Under the pieces are notes generated by a model. That model did not search any database and was not told the origin of the DNA. It was given only the letters and a program-made list of their open reading frames with translations. DNA of 64,000 bases from Ostrea edulis (Eukaryota): positions 44,702,001 through 44,766,000 of the forward strand of contig NC_079167.1 in assembly GCF_947568905.1 (NCBI RefSeq), written 5' to 3'. Both the position numbers and the translations under genes were made by a program. Positions 1 to 13,099 of this stretch are shown piece after piece; positions within the stretch are counted from its first letter, which is position 1; every line of letters starts with the position of its first letter.

Positions 1-185
1 TTCTCACCATATCTCAGAAAGTATCTCACTATATCTCAGTATTTATCTCAGCATATCTCACTATATCTCAAAGTATTGCACTATATCTCAAAGTATTTCA
101 CTGTATCTCAAAGTATTTCACTGTATCTCAAGTAAGTATCTCTTCACATTTCAGTAAGTATCATATTAGATCTCAGTAGATATCT
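1..185. repeat. Degenerate low-complexity repeat (TATCTCA/AAGTAT units)
   Basis: Repeated tatatctca/gtatttca motifs from the window start. Confidence 0.7.
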
Positions 186-2585
186 TTCTGAAACTGAAGA
201 TGTAGCAAAATTTACATCTACACGCTGGCATTTAGATGGAAGTGAAACATTGCTAGTCTTTGTCATTTGATACTTGCTGTTGCACATGTAACTGCATTCT
301 AAATTATTGTCTGATCCCCAACAGCTGCTAAGTTTGTCTTTGTTTTAATCGTCTCTTTGCAAAATCAAAATTCCTGAAACAAGCTCATTATAACATTTGT
401 AGCAAAAACATTAAAACAATAACTAGATCTCATTCTTCAGTATTTGTTTCTTCATCGATTGATGGCAAATGATTACACTTGAGGCAAGATTGGGGAAGGG
501 GGGGGTTGAAAAAAATTCTCCCTTGCCAACTGTTGCAGAGCTACGATTATGAATGAAGAAACCTAGTACTGTGAACCGATTTATTGGTGCATTGAATTCA
601 CAAGTCCACATTAAGCTGTGACACTGTTAATTTATGGATATTTATGCAATGAAATGGCAGCTTAAAATTTTCTGTGCGACTAGGCACGCTCCCAGGGTGT
701 CGTAAGGTGTGTGAATATTTACAATATCTTATTTTTTCTGTTGGAGAGTAGTTTTTATAGTACAGGGGACAGGTCTGTAGATCTGGTAACCTTTCTGATT
801 CTTTATAAGTTTTACTCATACTGTGTCATTCCACCATTATGTATCCTCTACCTGCCAAGCAATGAATACTTCTTTAGTAACCCTCAAGTAGATCGTTTGT
901 GAATAAAAGTTATACAGCATTATTGACTTAAGACGATTTCCTATGGTTATTTTCAGCATTGATTTTTTCGTAATGTATTCCACATTCCTTTGACAGAGAT
1001 ATATACAGCTCTCTTGAGTTCTGGCTTTGTTTGACAAACTTACGGGCCATGTTTATATACCTGAACACAAAACCATCTTTACTACCACTACATTATGAAT
1101 TCAGTTATGTCGCCAGATTAAAGCCAGGTCACTCTCAGATTCAGTTTTCTTTGTTGCCATGGCTGTCATTTCCTCTCTCCAGGTTTTCTAAAGAAAACAA
1201 GTCAATTAATTTTCCTGCAGATATTGCTTTATGGTCCCCATAAATTTTCCCCCTTGAAGTGCTCAGCTTCTGAATATGATTTTTATTGGTATTTTAATGA
1301 TAGGATAAATATTAAACATAAATAATTTTTAGCACCATTGTTTATCAATCAGTAATTTTGTTTTTATGCTCTTCTTTGAAAAATTGGGTGCCTATTATTT
1401 TGCACCTGTAGATTTGTAGACCCAAGTCTTGTCCATTTAATATCTTAAAGGGACCGATTCATTTTCACTTTTAATGATCAAAATCTACTGTCTAATGAGT
1501 TTACAAAGTAAAAGGTTTTACAAGAAAAATTGAAGTTATATACCATATAATGGGGTTTTTGTTCGCGATAATCCCATTTTTCGCTTTTTTTGCGAGTATT
1601 TTTGAATTGCAAACAATGAAATTTGCATGATATTTACACCGATTGTGTACCTAATCTTACAAGACAAGAATAAGTCAGAGAGTAGAAACTCACCACCTCC
1701 GGTGTAGTACTAATTATCTTAAACGGTGGTCAGGCGTTATCACTCTGTACACTCACCTGTTTAGTAATGTTGAGCGACAACACACATAACAGTAATGTCT
1801 GTTCTGTACAAAATTGAAACCTGTCAGTTAATTTGACTTGGAGAATCGCAAACAGTGATTTGGGGTAGTTTCGCAAAATTTGTGATATGCCAAAATTACC
1901 CCATCGTTAAGGCAAAAGCTCATTATAGAGAGTTTATTATTTGTTTTGTAAACAAAGATTAAGGTGTGTTATTGTTTACGAAGTTTTCAAAAGAAATAGA
2001 TATCATTCAATGTTTATTATATAAATCACATTTCCAGTATTTCTGTAGATAAAATGTGTCATTTAAAGTCAAATTTATGACTATGCAAAATAAGATGATT
2101 TAAATTACAAAATTAACATTTAACTGGTTTGTTCGTAATCATAAAAACTCAAGTCTTTGTTTACATAACACAAGAGTTAATACTAAAATATTTCCCTTAT
2201 TTTTGCATTCAGAAGGTCCAAATGTTGGTTGTCAACATTAAATGAGTTATATTTTTAATGTTTAACATCATTTTAGAGTAAAAAATCTGTTCTTTACAAT
2301 CACCAGAACACAGGGGCTTATAGAATGCTTTGCCGTTGTGTCAATTTTGAGTTTTAGTCCCATAAGGCTGCTTTTGATTGTTTCCCCATGACTTTATAAT
2401 AAACCTTCATTTTTTAAAACCAAATAAGGCCATATTAAAGTATTCAATTTCAAAATAGTATTTTGCAAATTTTAGAATTTCCATTTGAACACACAATCTG
2501 TAAGTATCCTTGCAGTGTAATTTACACTTCGAGACGCAATGAGTTGTATTAAGCAGACTCCAAGTTTAAAAATTTCAGGGTACAT

Positions 2586-3872
2586 TTTTAGGTCACCTGA
2601 ATTATTATCTGTTTTTGTTCGTCGTGCGTTAACATTTGAACATTTTCAGCTTCTTCTCTGAAACCCCTGAACCAATTTCAACCAATTTTGGCATATATCA
2701 TCTGTGGGTGGAGGGGAACAAAAATTGTGAAATTCGTGGTCCCTGCCCCCCTGGGGCCTGAGGGGTGGGGCAAAAACCATCAAAATGAGTGTAATTTTAA
2801 AAAATCTTCTTCTTTACTCCTGGACATCAAGAAGCCAAACTGTGGGCATACTTATAATGAGCGTTGAGCCCTCTACCAAAATTGTGAAATTCATGGCCCT
2901 TGGGGCAGGGGTTCTTGTATTAGGGTGGGGCTCTATTGGTCATATAGTGAAAATGTAGAAATTCTTTGAAAATCTTCTTCTCTGTCTCTGGGTATTAAGT
3001 AGACAAACTAATAGCATGGTAATGATGAGCAAGGATGCCTCTTTATACCCCCCGCAACAAGTTGTGGGGGGGTATACTGGAATCGGGTTGTCTGTCCGTC
3101 CGTCCGTCTGTAGACGCAATGGTTTCCGGGCTCTAAAGCATTATACTTTGCACCTACCGTCACCATATCATATATATGGACTACCCATGGGATAAAGATG
3201 TTCCCTATTGATTTTGGGGTCAAAAGGTCAAAGGTCAAGCACACTGGACATCGAAGTAGCAATATGGTTTCCGGGCTCTAAAGTGTTATCCTTTCCACCT
3301 ACAGTCACCATATCATACATATGGACTACCCATAGGATGAAGATGTTCCCTATCGATTTTGGGGTCAAAAGGTCAAAGGTCAAGCGCACTGGACATTGAA
3401 GTAGCAATATGGTTTCCGGGCTCTAGAGCGTTATCCTTTCCACCTACAGTCACCATATCAAACATATGGACTACCCATGGGATGAAGATGTTCCCTATCG
3501 ATTTTGGGGTCAAAAGGTCAAAGGTCAAGCGCACTGGACATTGAAGTAGCAATATGGTTTCCGGGCTCTAAAGCGTTATCCTTTCCACCTACAGTCACCA
3601 TATCATACATATGGACTACCCATAGGATGAAGATGTTCCCTATCGATTTTGGGGTCAAAAGGTCAAAGGTCATGCACACTGGACATCGAAGTAGCAACAC
3701 TCAGAAAAGAGGTAGTTTATACCCATTACCAACACCCTTTGGGAGATTGGGGTAAGCTGGAGGTATTCTTAGTAAGCATTGCTCACAGTACCTCTTGTTA
3801 AAAATTGTGAAATTCATGGCCCCTAGATCAGGGGTTCTGGTGCTAGGGTGGGACTCTATAAGTCATATAATG

Positions 3873-3906
<34 letters not shown>

Positions 3907-4322
3907 GTCCTTGGGTATTAAGTAGACAAACCAATAGCATGGTTATGATAAGCAAGGATGCCTCTTTCAAAATTGTGAAATTCATGGCCCCTGGGTCAGG
4001 GGTTCTGGTATTAGGGTGGGGCCCTATTGATCATATAGTGAAAATACATTTTATTTCTTTGAAAATCTTCTCCTCTGCTGCTGGGTATTAAGTAGACAAA
4101 CTAATAGTATGATAATGATGATCAAGGATGCTTCTTTCAAAACTGAAATTTATGGCCCCTGGGTCAGGGGTTCTGGTGCAAAGGAGGGGCTGACCACATA
4201 GCTATTCAATGTTTCTTCCATCCAAAAGTAAAATTCTTATATTTAAACACAAACCTAATTCAAACATTGGAAGGTTGTTACATGATACTCAGGTGACCTA
4301 TAAGGCCCCTGGGCCTCTTGTT
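2586..4322 (+). mobile_element. Helentron-type non-autonomous (HINE-like) composite element, copy 1
   Basis: Starts TTTTTAGGTCACCTGA, ends GGCCTCTTGTT, has internal tandem subrepeats, and is a near-identical reverse complement of 16059-17960. Family assignment is from recalled bivalve HINE structure. Confidence 0.75.
3043..3798 (+). mobile_element. Nested HINE-like element with 145-bp internal tandem repeat (~4 units)
   Basis: Interrupts the host subrepeat at GATGCCTCT|...|AAAATTGTG. Has a 5' hairpin (ATACCCCCC...GGGGGGTAT), a (GTCC)n tract and units starting at 3121, 3266, 3411 and 3556. Confidence 0.75.
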
Positions 4323-4323
4323 T

Positions 4324-5301
4324 AAACAAGAGGCCCATGGGTCACATCACTCACCTGAGTCACCTTGGCCCTTATCTGCAGACTTTCCATATATATATAT
4401 TGCATGTAATACCTTAGTCCCTATTGTGGCCCCAACCTACCCCTGGATGCCATGATTTTTACAAACTTGAATTTGTACTATGTCAGAAAGCTTTCATTTA
4501 AGGAGGTACACTACATCAGAGAAATTTGATATGGATGAAAAGTGGATATGTACAACAATATTTTGAAATTGAAAACTTTCAAATTTACTTTATTTACTCA
4601 AAAAATACAGTTTTAGTAGATAGCAATGTGGAAAAAAAATTTAAACCCCTGTTGGACTAGACTCCACGATCTACATTTCGGCAGTTGACGAGCTAACCTA
4701 CTGAGCTACTCAGTTAGGTGATGATACTTGAAATGAATAGACAAATATTGCTGATATTTATATTTTCATCCATGTTTCAAAAGGAAGTCAGCCATTATGA
4801 CGATGTGGAGTACCCCCTTAAATGTCAACTTCTTTGGTCCAATGGTTCTTGAGAAGAAGGTTTTTAAAGATTTTCTCTATTTATTCCCATGTAAAACTTT
4901 GATCCCCTATTATGGCCCCAACCTACCACCGGGGGCCATGATTTGAACAAACCTGAATCTGCACTATGTCAGGAACCTTTCATGTAAATGTCAGCTCTTC
5001 TGGCTCATTGGTTGTGGAGAAGAAGATTTTTTAAAGATTTGCCCTATATATTTCTATGTAAAACTTTGATCCCCTATTGTGGCCCTATCCTACCCCCGGG
5101 GGCCATGATTTGAACAAATTTGAATCTGCACTTTGTCAGGAAGCTTTCATGTAACTGTGAGCTCCTATGGCTCATTGGTTCTTGAGAAGATTTTTAAATG
5201 ACCCATCCTAATTTTGCATTTATGTGATTATCTCCCCTTTGAAAAGGGCATGGCCCTTCATTTGAACAAACTTAAAAGCCCTTCACCCAAGGATGCTTTT
5301 G

Positions 5302-5366
<65 letters not shown>

Positions 5367-5370
5367 TTGA
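4324..5370 (-). mobile_element. Second HINE-like element, opposite orientation, abutting copy 1
   Basis: Begins AAACAAGAGGCCC. Has ~155-bp subrepeats (CCCCTATTGTGGCCCC...GAAGAAGATTTT) also seen at 29450-29816. Confidence 0.7.
4501..4818. mobile_element. MITE with 17-bp imperfect TIRs and TA target duplication
   Basis: AGGAGGTACACTACATC at 4501 vs reverse complement of the right end, AGGGGGTACTCCACATC (14/17). TA at 4499-4500 and 4819-4820. Removing it restores the host CTTTCAT-TAAATGTCA. Confidence 0.75.
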
Positions 5371-5382
5371 CAACAACAAACA

Positions 5383-5885
5383 TAGTGGGTTATTGTTAAC
5401 TTGATCTTTAACTGGGTATTTACAGATGTAGTGGGTTATTGTCAACTTGATCTTTAACTGGGTATTTACAGATGTAGTGGGTTATTGTTAACTTGATCTT
5501 TAACTGGGTATTTACAGATGTAGTGGGTTATTGTTAACTTGATCTTTAACTGGGTATTTACAGATGTAGTGGGTTATCATCAACTTGATCTTTAACTGGG
5601 TATTTACAGATGTAGTGGGTTATTGTTAACTTGATCTTTAACTGGGTATTTACAGATGTAGTGGGTTATTGTTAACTTGATCTTTAACTGGGTATTTACA
5701 GATGTAGTGGGTTATTGTCAACTTGATCTTTAACTGGGTATTTACAGATGTAGTGGGTTATTGTTAACTCGATCTTTAACTGTGTATTTACAGATGTAGT
5801 GGGTTATTGTCAACTTGATCTTTAACTGGGTATTTACAGATGTAGTGTGTTATTGTTGACTGGATCTTTAACTGGGTATTTACAG
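5383..5885 (+). repeat. 46-bp minisatellite, ~11 copies
   Basis: Unit GTAGTGGGTTATTGTTAACTTGATCTTTAACTGGGTATTTACAGAT; period 46 (5383 to 5429). Confidence 0.95.
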
Positions 5886-5971
5886 TTGTGGCCACCATGA
5901 AACGAGTAATGGAGAAAATCAACAACCCGCCCGAGGAGGAGAAAGTGACCAGTATGTCCGACGAGCTGTGA
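5886..5971 (+). CDS. Probable terminal exon of an ER-retained protein ending SDEL (resembles TXNDC12/AGR C-terminus)
   Basis: TTTACAG acceptor, then phase-1 reading xVATMKRVMEKINNPPEEEKVTSMSDEL*. GC-rich relative to flanks; AATAAA at 6428. Similarity to TXNDC12 VVQGMKEAQERL...EDEL is from memory. No upstream exon was identified. Confidence 0.5.
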
Positions 5972-6589
5972 CGGATAGCCCTCAGCCTCTCAGCTTCTTT
6001 TTTCTTTTATATTTTCTATTCACACTACACAAAAAGTATATGCAATAGTACCCTTATATTTAACTTCATAAAGTGATCTCAGTGTACTTACTGGCTGGAC
6101 TTGATGATGTGCCAAGGTGGATGTAGTGAGGGTGCGATTTGTAGAGCGGTTGTTTTGTTGTCATTGCGTGTCCGTCACGGAGAGAGGACCTTTAATTCGG
6201 CACTAGTCTTCTCCGATATTGTGATACTATTCACCATTAGCCTTAACAGGGATTTACATTTCATGAACAAGGTTTTTTTTATATTAGTATTTGGTGGGTG
6301 TTTATAATTGTATTTGTTATTTTTTCTCTGTATTTTGAATATCTGTGTTGAATGTCATGAAGATTCTGAGTGTTGGTGCATGTTTTTACACTTTCTGCTA
6401 TAATTTAATTTCCTCTGATAGTTTTTCAATAAAACAAATGATAGATATTATATGAAACATTCATTTTATTATTGCGCTGTCACTCAGTATTGGAGAAGAA
6501 AACATCCTGATACATGAACCTAAACAATACATTAAATAATCTAATGTTAGCACACTTCATTGCACGGGAATCACGCCAGCAGATTGGGC

Positions 6590-7210
6590 TCACTCGAAGT
6601 ATGTTGCAAACACGGTTGCTATGGCATACAATTTTCCTTTGCTAAATTGGGCCTGGGCAAAGTTGTCCGTCTCACTGTTCCACAAGCACCTGCTAGTCAT
6701 CATGACGGCCTGGCGGACATTCTCACCAATCAAGACATTGCACACCAACTTGTATCTATGGAAACCCAAGTCTTTCACACGCGATTTAATGACGTCCGAT
6801 AGATTTTGAGCTAAATTAGCACACATTTTGTGCTCGTACGTTTCCCCGTCCAGATAGGATTCAAGAACACCTTTCATCATTTTCTCTACAGAGCTGGCGT
6901 CGAATTTTTCCTTAGTTTTGGGGTGCATCCGGTATGTATTTTGGAGCTTGACAGGAATCGCGTGATGTTTGGTTCCTTGTGAGGTTCCGGATACGCTGGT
7001 CCGGCGCGAGGCTTGGGATGGTCGTCTGCCCGCCATGCCGTACTGAATACTAGGCCGCGGTTCTATCCGGGACATCCGCCGGAAGTTCGGTCCGGTCAGG
7101 CCGGGGGCCGTGCTGTCGGTGCCGTCCGGCTTGGTTGATGACTTCCGCTGCTGGCGGGGAATGTCATGTTGGTGTTGTTCTAGTACCTCCATTGTCAGGG
7201 GATTGCTCAT
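6590..7210 (-). CDS. Tctex-1 domain protein (dynein light chain Tctex-type, TCTEX1D1-like), 206 aa in one coding exon
   Basis: C-terminal NTYRM...IKSRVKDLGFHRYKLVCNVLIG...SRCLWNSETDNFA...ATVFATYFE is a Tctex-1 fold signature. A TTTCAG acceptor lies just upstream of the ATG (~7226); AATAAA on the minus strand at 6465-6470. Confidence 0.9.
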   Translation of the reverse strand: MSNPLTMEVLEQHQHDIPRQQRKSSTKPDGTDSTAPGLTGPNFRRMSRIEPRPSIQYGMAGRRPSQASRRTSVSGTSQGTKHHAIPVKLQNTYRMHPKTKEKFDASSVEKMMKGVLESYLDGETYEHKMCANLAQNLSDVIKSRVKDLGFHRYKLVCNVLIGENVRQAVMMTSRCLWNSETDNFAQAQFSKGKLYAIATVFATYFE

Positions 7211-10200
7211 GTTGTGCCGTGGGATCTGAAAGAGATGTAAAAATCGTATGAGTTCGGAGCCGGAAATAGGTCCCTTTAGGGATAGAAGGGTTGGGACGTT
7301 TTAAAAAGTCCATGGAGAACATCCAGGACCCTTTCCCCCTGTAAACTTGAAACGTGAAACAATCTGGCAATAAAGACCCTGGACCACTGTACTTGAAGCC
7401 TCCCAGCTCTTTCTGGATGGTACTGAAAGAACAAATTCCCTCCGTGATCTGACTCTTACTGTATTTGTACAGCCTTCTGGTATCTGTGAAGAGGTTGTGA
7501 TACACAAAATTACACCATTTCATCACGAAATTTCACGCACTCCGAACCACATACCTCAACTACCAATGACGCAACAGACTGGTGAGGGGTTTACCAAATG
7601 ATTGAAATATTCAGGAACAATAAAAGAAACCTGTCTATTCACGAGGGATGTGTCATTTCGTGTCGTTTCCATGATAAAAAGTGGTATGGACTATTGAGAG
7701 GGCACTTGCAGCTAGATTTTACCCCGTGAATTATGTAATGTAATATTGACCCTGTGTGTGTGTATTATCGAGTAATCTACAACACTTCACTTTATTTATT
7801 ACTGCGCACATATCTCCCTGTAAAACTTTGAAGGAACATAATCTGTGTTAAGTAACGGTGTTTTCTCTGTATTATCATTTATTGTCTCTCTCAAATACCC
7901 CGAAGTGAGAGATCAGATAAAACGAATACCCTTAATAGTGGATGGGAAACTATCGTCCCCTTATTCATCTTTCAACACAATCATACAGTTAATTGAGGGC
8001 TTGAGATTAAAAGAAACCAATGATTTAGATCATAACATTTTAGTTTATCGTTATTCTTGCCATTTATTAATTTTACAAATTCCTACAGCACCAGAGAGGA
8101 GAGAAACTAACATGAAACAATTCCATAGAGCTCTTTTAATTTCTTATGCACGATTAAATCCCACAGCACAAAAAAATTGGGTTCAAATCACTTAACGTAA
8201 GATCTCCCAATCCGGGCTTCTTTCACGGACGGCTTAGTCGTACTCTCGGTTTCTGAGCCGCTTTTGGATCTCCTAATTTTGTCTTGATGTCTAATATCGA
8301 TAGTAAGAGACGGGGCATAAACTGTTATCGCGATCTTTGACATGAAAAAAGACGGGAAAATCCATAAGTTGGTAGAAAGCCTGAAAGGTTAATATTCTTT
8401 TCAATGGACTGTTTCCTAAAGAACAAGTCGACTGGTATTGATCTCGACAGAACAGGAATTTCAATCACATTTTTCTATACATAGGTTCACATATAACAGT
8501 TTTAAATAAATTATAGTTCATATCGACTTATTAAATTAACGCGCACCTGACTGTCTGTGTTTTCAGACCTGTATACGGTGATTGACGGAGCTTGTGTATT
8601 TCTGGGATACAGACACTTATTAAACCTCCCGGATCGTAAACAAGACCCGACATTAAATTGATAGCTATCTATTATCTGACAAGGTGTCCTTTAAAAGAGG
8701 AAAATATGTTCACAAAGCTTGCTTCAATTAAAGTACTCGCCAGGATCAAAATAGTATCCAAAAATATTTCAAAAACAATCTGGCTGCTAAAAAAACAATA
8801 CCAAAGATTTTTAGGGTAATGCTGTTTTTCAAGGACAAAGTTTTTTCGATTTCATTTGTGCTTTCCCAAACAGAGTATAACCAGTTTATAAGATAAGTAA
8901 CACTTTTATAAAATGAATCTTAACAATGTTTAAAAACTTGATTAAACTCGTACATTGAAATTAAGTTGGGGGGGGGGGGGGGGGGGGGTCAGTTTCTCGA
9001 TTCCCTGTACTGGTAAATGTAGACACGTTTGTTTTGTTCGTTATATTTTAATTAACTGTCCCCATAAGAAGGATTAAATATATTTCTTAATTAACAAACA
9101 GCGGTTAATAACGGGACATGCAATTTGAAATAAAAGTCTTCACCTACCGTGTGAGGATTACAGCATGTTGAATGTGTTGGCATCCAGCGATGAGTTGTAT
9201 CATGGGCGGGGCGGCGGGAATCAATGAGAACTTTAAATAGGTTCTACAGGACACCAACAGCCCCATTCAACAAACGCAGACAAACTACGAAAGGTGCTTT
9301 AAATTGATATGTGTTTAGGAATGGGGAATTGTAGCTGGTTTCGCTGACCATTAAATGGAAGAATTTATTTTGATTAATTAAAAGTACATAACAAGGTCGT
9401 TAACCTTTAATAGAGATCACAAATGCAATGAGCACCAGTGAAATTGGAACTGACAGTAAATAGTAAAACAGCAACAAAAGTGAACACTGGGGCTGACCGT
9501 AAATAGTCGGCAACGAAATGTTCCGCTGTCTTAAAAAGTAAAGAATGAATATTTACGTTGGAGACGGGACTTCTTAACATGAAACTAACATGAAATCCAG
9601 AAACTGCACGTGTCTGATCGGCTTCACGTATGATCATTTACCTTTCTCAAACCCAAAGTAAACATTTAAATGAATTCAATATTAAAGATATTTTATTGCA
9701 TTACGCGTTTGTTACTTGTATATGAGATAACTTTTATATTAAATTTTTTTTCCAACAGTATTTTGTGCTTGAATTACGGGTCGCGAAATAACTTGGTGAG
9801 TGGTGAATTGATGTCATTAAGGTTTGCCACCCTAGGTTCGGAAAATTGTAAATGATTTCGTCTCCTTTTTATAACATAGTACATTGAATTGTCGATGATT
9901 GACTTCTAGCATTATTATATTTGTTACATACGAAGAAAAAATGATACGAGTCCTCAGGTACCCGGTAAACCACACGAACAATTGGGACTTTCCATAATAT
10001 TTTTTTCTAAACAAATCATAATTCAAAATGCAGTTACCTCTGAGCTTGGTGTGAATGATGTAAGTCGGCTATTTCCCGAACAAAAATAAGATTGGGGTTT
10101 TGTAGGGATGTTTTAAATATTTTTTAAAAGCTACTAAAAGATGTATTGTTTTGATTGAGATAATTAAATTAATTGTTCCATTGCTTAATTATGTCAGGGA

Positions 10201-10288
10201 CAGAGGATTCTAATTCATGTCTATAGAAATTCTCTGTCGTCCCGAAAATGTGATCATTTCAATTTGTTGGTGTTGTCGGTCATTTTAG

Positions 10289-10291
<3 letters not shown>

Positions 10292-10340
<49 letters not shown>
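10292..10340. repeat. (CT)n microsatellite
   Basis: Direct reading. Confidence 0.95.
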
Positions 10341-10343
<3 letters not shown>

Positions 10344-13099
10344 CTACATAAATTATGAAAATTAATTTTTTTTTTCCTTCAGAAATCGGTGTTTGTTTTG
10401 TGGAGTACAGTGTGAACTTAAAAAGTTGACCCGAACTGTCGATTATAGAGACTTAATTATTGCATGATAGGAGGGCAGTATGAAGCTTTATTCACCCACG
10501 AAAAATATTTCCCGAAGACGAGGTCCAAGGTGCATATAGTCTTTCAATGCTGGTTTTTATGAATATTTACATACTGAGTCCCCCCCCCCCTTGTCACGTG
10601 ACCGTCAACACAACAGTAACTGTAGTTAAAATAAATGTGTTTTAAAGTTGAATTTGAGATGTTTTAGCTGAAATTAAAATATTCGTAATGAACAGCACTT
10701 CAAAAATAGAACAATTAATTCCCTATTTGAAATTGATACGAAAATGTACAATTATAACACAAAGATGCGTAGAAACAGATCGTATTTCTAGGTCAAAATT
10801 TTAAATTAAAATGAAGATCTTATTGACATTTTTTCCCAAACTCTAATTTGCAAATTGTAAGCTTTTGAACAAGTACCTGACATCATAAATTGGGAATGTC
10901 AGCGCGTTGTTTCATTGTCTGTTTAATATCCTGCATGCATTTTTGATGAGATACCCGGGCCGCTCAAAGTCTCGTGTTGACATAGGTCTGTCGGGGGATC
11001 AGTTTGTGAATCTACACACACTTCATAAGCGAGCTTAAATTGGATTGTCACTGAATTGACAGAGCAAACAGACCCATTGGCAGGCTATGTACATATTTTT
11101 CACTTATATTTATCAGTGTTCAAAAGACATAAAGATTTATTCCCGTATACACGTCGTGGACTCGACACTAACGTCATTTATCAAACATAACCATTGAAAA
11201 CAATTTCAAACCATGAATACTGATGAAGAAAAAAAAGAAAAAAGACTTGGCAAACGACTCTTGATCGAAGTGGGGGAAAAGGGGTGGAGGGTCAGAACTG
11301 TGGATATCTGGTTTTTTATGTAGGGGAATTGGTTGGTTTAAAAAAAATTATTTTATTTTTTTATTTATTTATTTTTTATTTTATTTGGTTGAGAAGCTGA
11401 CAATCAGTGTGTCTGTGAATGTGTTTAGAATTATTGTGTAAAGAGAAATAATTATGGAAATTGTTCATGAAAACGGATATATTTTATACCGCCAGTTATT
11501 CATCCTTGTCAATTTCGAGACATAAATGATAAAATTTGCTGGACACGTGCAAACCCCGCCACCGTTAGATGTATTTCAAAATTCATGTACAAACAACGAC
11601 GATCTGAACAGAGCGCGTCTCCCATAGAGACTCAAATATATACAAGCATGTATAAAAATCGACATGATTTGATTTAAAATTTGTACAATAATCATCTTAA
11701 CTTTTAACGTCTTTTACCATTGTTGTCACTGAAATGGAACACGTGTATATTTCATGAGAGAAGAGGGCGTGTCAGTTGTGCATTGCCTGTGAAAAGAAAC
11801 TCACGAGAATGGAGACAGTTGGTATATATTGCTGAACTATCCCGTGTTGCATTATACTGATCAGTATGTTGTCAAGATTTACGGCATCACACACTGGGAA
11901 TTATTGTCACCATACAGCCTAGTACTCCGGAGGGGAAGAAATCATTAAAAATCATCTTGCCAAATAACGCATTGATAAATGCTCTATTTTCTGAAGATGT
12001 TTCGTCTACCGACACCGGAGAAACAAAACTCTGAGCCTGTATGCGGCATTTTCGAAAGAAAGGAAAAACCAACACAATACTACCCTCAAACCCATGTGCA
12101 TTTTCACTTGTGTGTAAACAGCTGGAGTGCACCTCAAGAATTACTGTCAGCCACCCACATCAAATAGTTCATTTGTATACCGGTACTGGAGTATTGTTAT
12201 GTATTTCACAAAATTTCCTAATGAGGACTACAAAAATTAATGTAAGAAGAAGAGTAAATGAGAAAATCGGGCATACAAGAAATGGAACAACAATTGTCAA
12301 AGTTCATTAAGATTGGAAAATTACTGGTTTGATAAATCAGCAAGGTCATTTAGTTTCCTATCGAATGCATCGTGCAGCTCATGCAGAAAGTACCCTGACA
12401 AAGCTCGTGTATACTAATAAATACTTAGAAAAGCATGTGCTGGGCACGGTCTTATTTGCACGACGATGATTATTTACTAATATAAAATTTATATAAGAAC
12501 CAATGAATTTTAATTGGATGTATCATAAAAAGAAAAGTATTTACATCTTGTTAAGTATCACATTTTGTAAAATTTAAAGATTCTGTGCTAATTTAACCGT
12601 CAAGTTTAACCTGAGAGAACCCTATTGTGGTATATTATGTACCATTTTTTTCGCACCAAATTAATTTTGAAAAGAAGTGCACGTATTATATTCGACAAAA
12701 TACGATAGTAGCATTGAGACGTAATCTTCATAATATCTGATCCCGTGATCATGATTGTGTTAGTTTGATGTGAGAATCAGTAAAAATGGAGGCCAAAATT
12801 TCCATTTATTGGTCTGAAATTGTACCTGCATTGTAGAATTTTGCATCTAGATTATGACAATTTTCCGGGGAAGCCTCCCCCTCCCGGTAGGAGGTGGCAC
12901 CCCCCCCCCCTCCCGCCTCGTCGTTTCGGGACTCGGCTGTCTGCTATCCACAGCCGGAGTAGTGAGCAATCACCAGGATTAGTGAATTATAGACTGTAGC
13001 AGTGCTTTCACCAGTATAGGGAAAAACTTAAGTGTCCAACACTGTCAATTGTTCACACATTTAATAAATGACCATTCGGCTTCATCCGAATACCAAAAC

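Noticed and set aside
711-1243. Candidate upstream exons of the SDEL-ending gene
   Set aside because: No convincing thioredoxin-like motif and no compatible splice phase.
3008-4091. Repeated ORFs (MGSKGQRSS..., MLKIVKFMAP...) and their mirrors at 16290-17588
   Set aside because: Incidental frames in HINE internal repeats; no domain signature.
5383-5885. CRISPR-like regular array
   Set aside because: Units are contiguous with no unique spacers, the context is eukaryotic and there are no cas genes.
7826-8695. Possible second TTAA/Kolobok element ending GTGTCCTTTAA
   Set aside because: The left end match (TTGAAGGAACAT) is too weak and has no TTAA.
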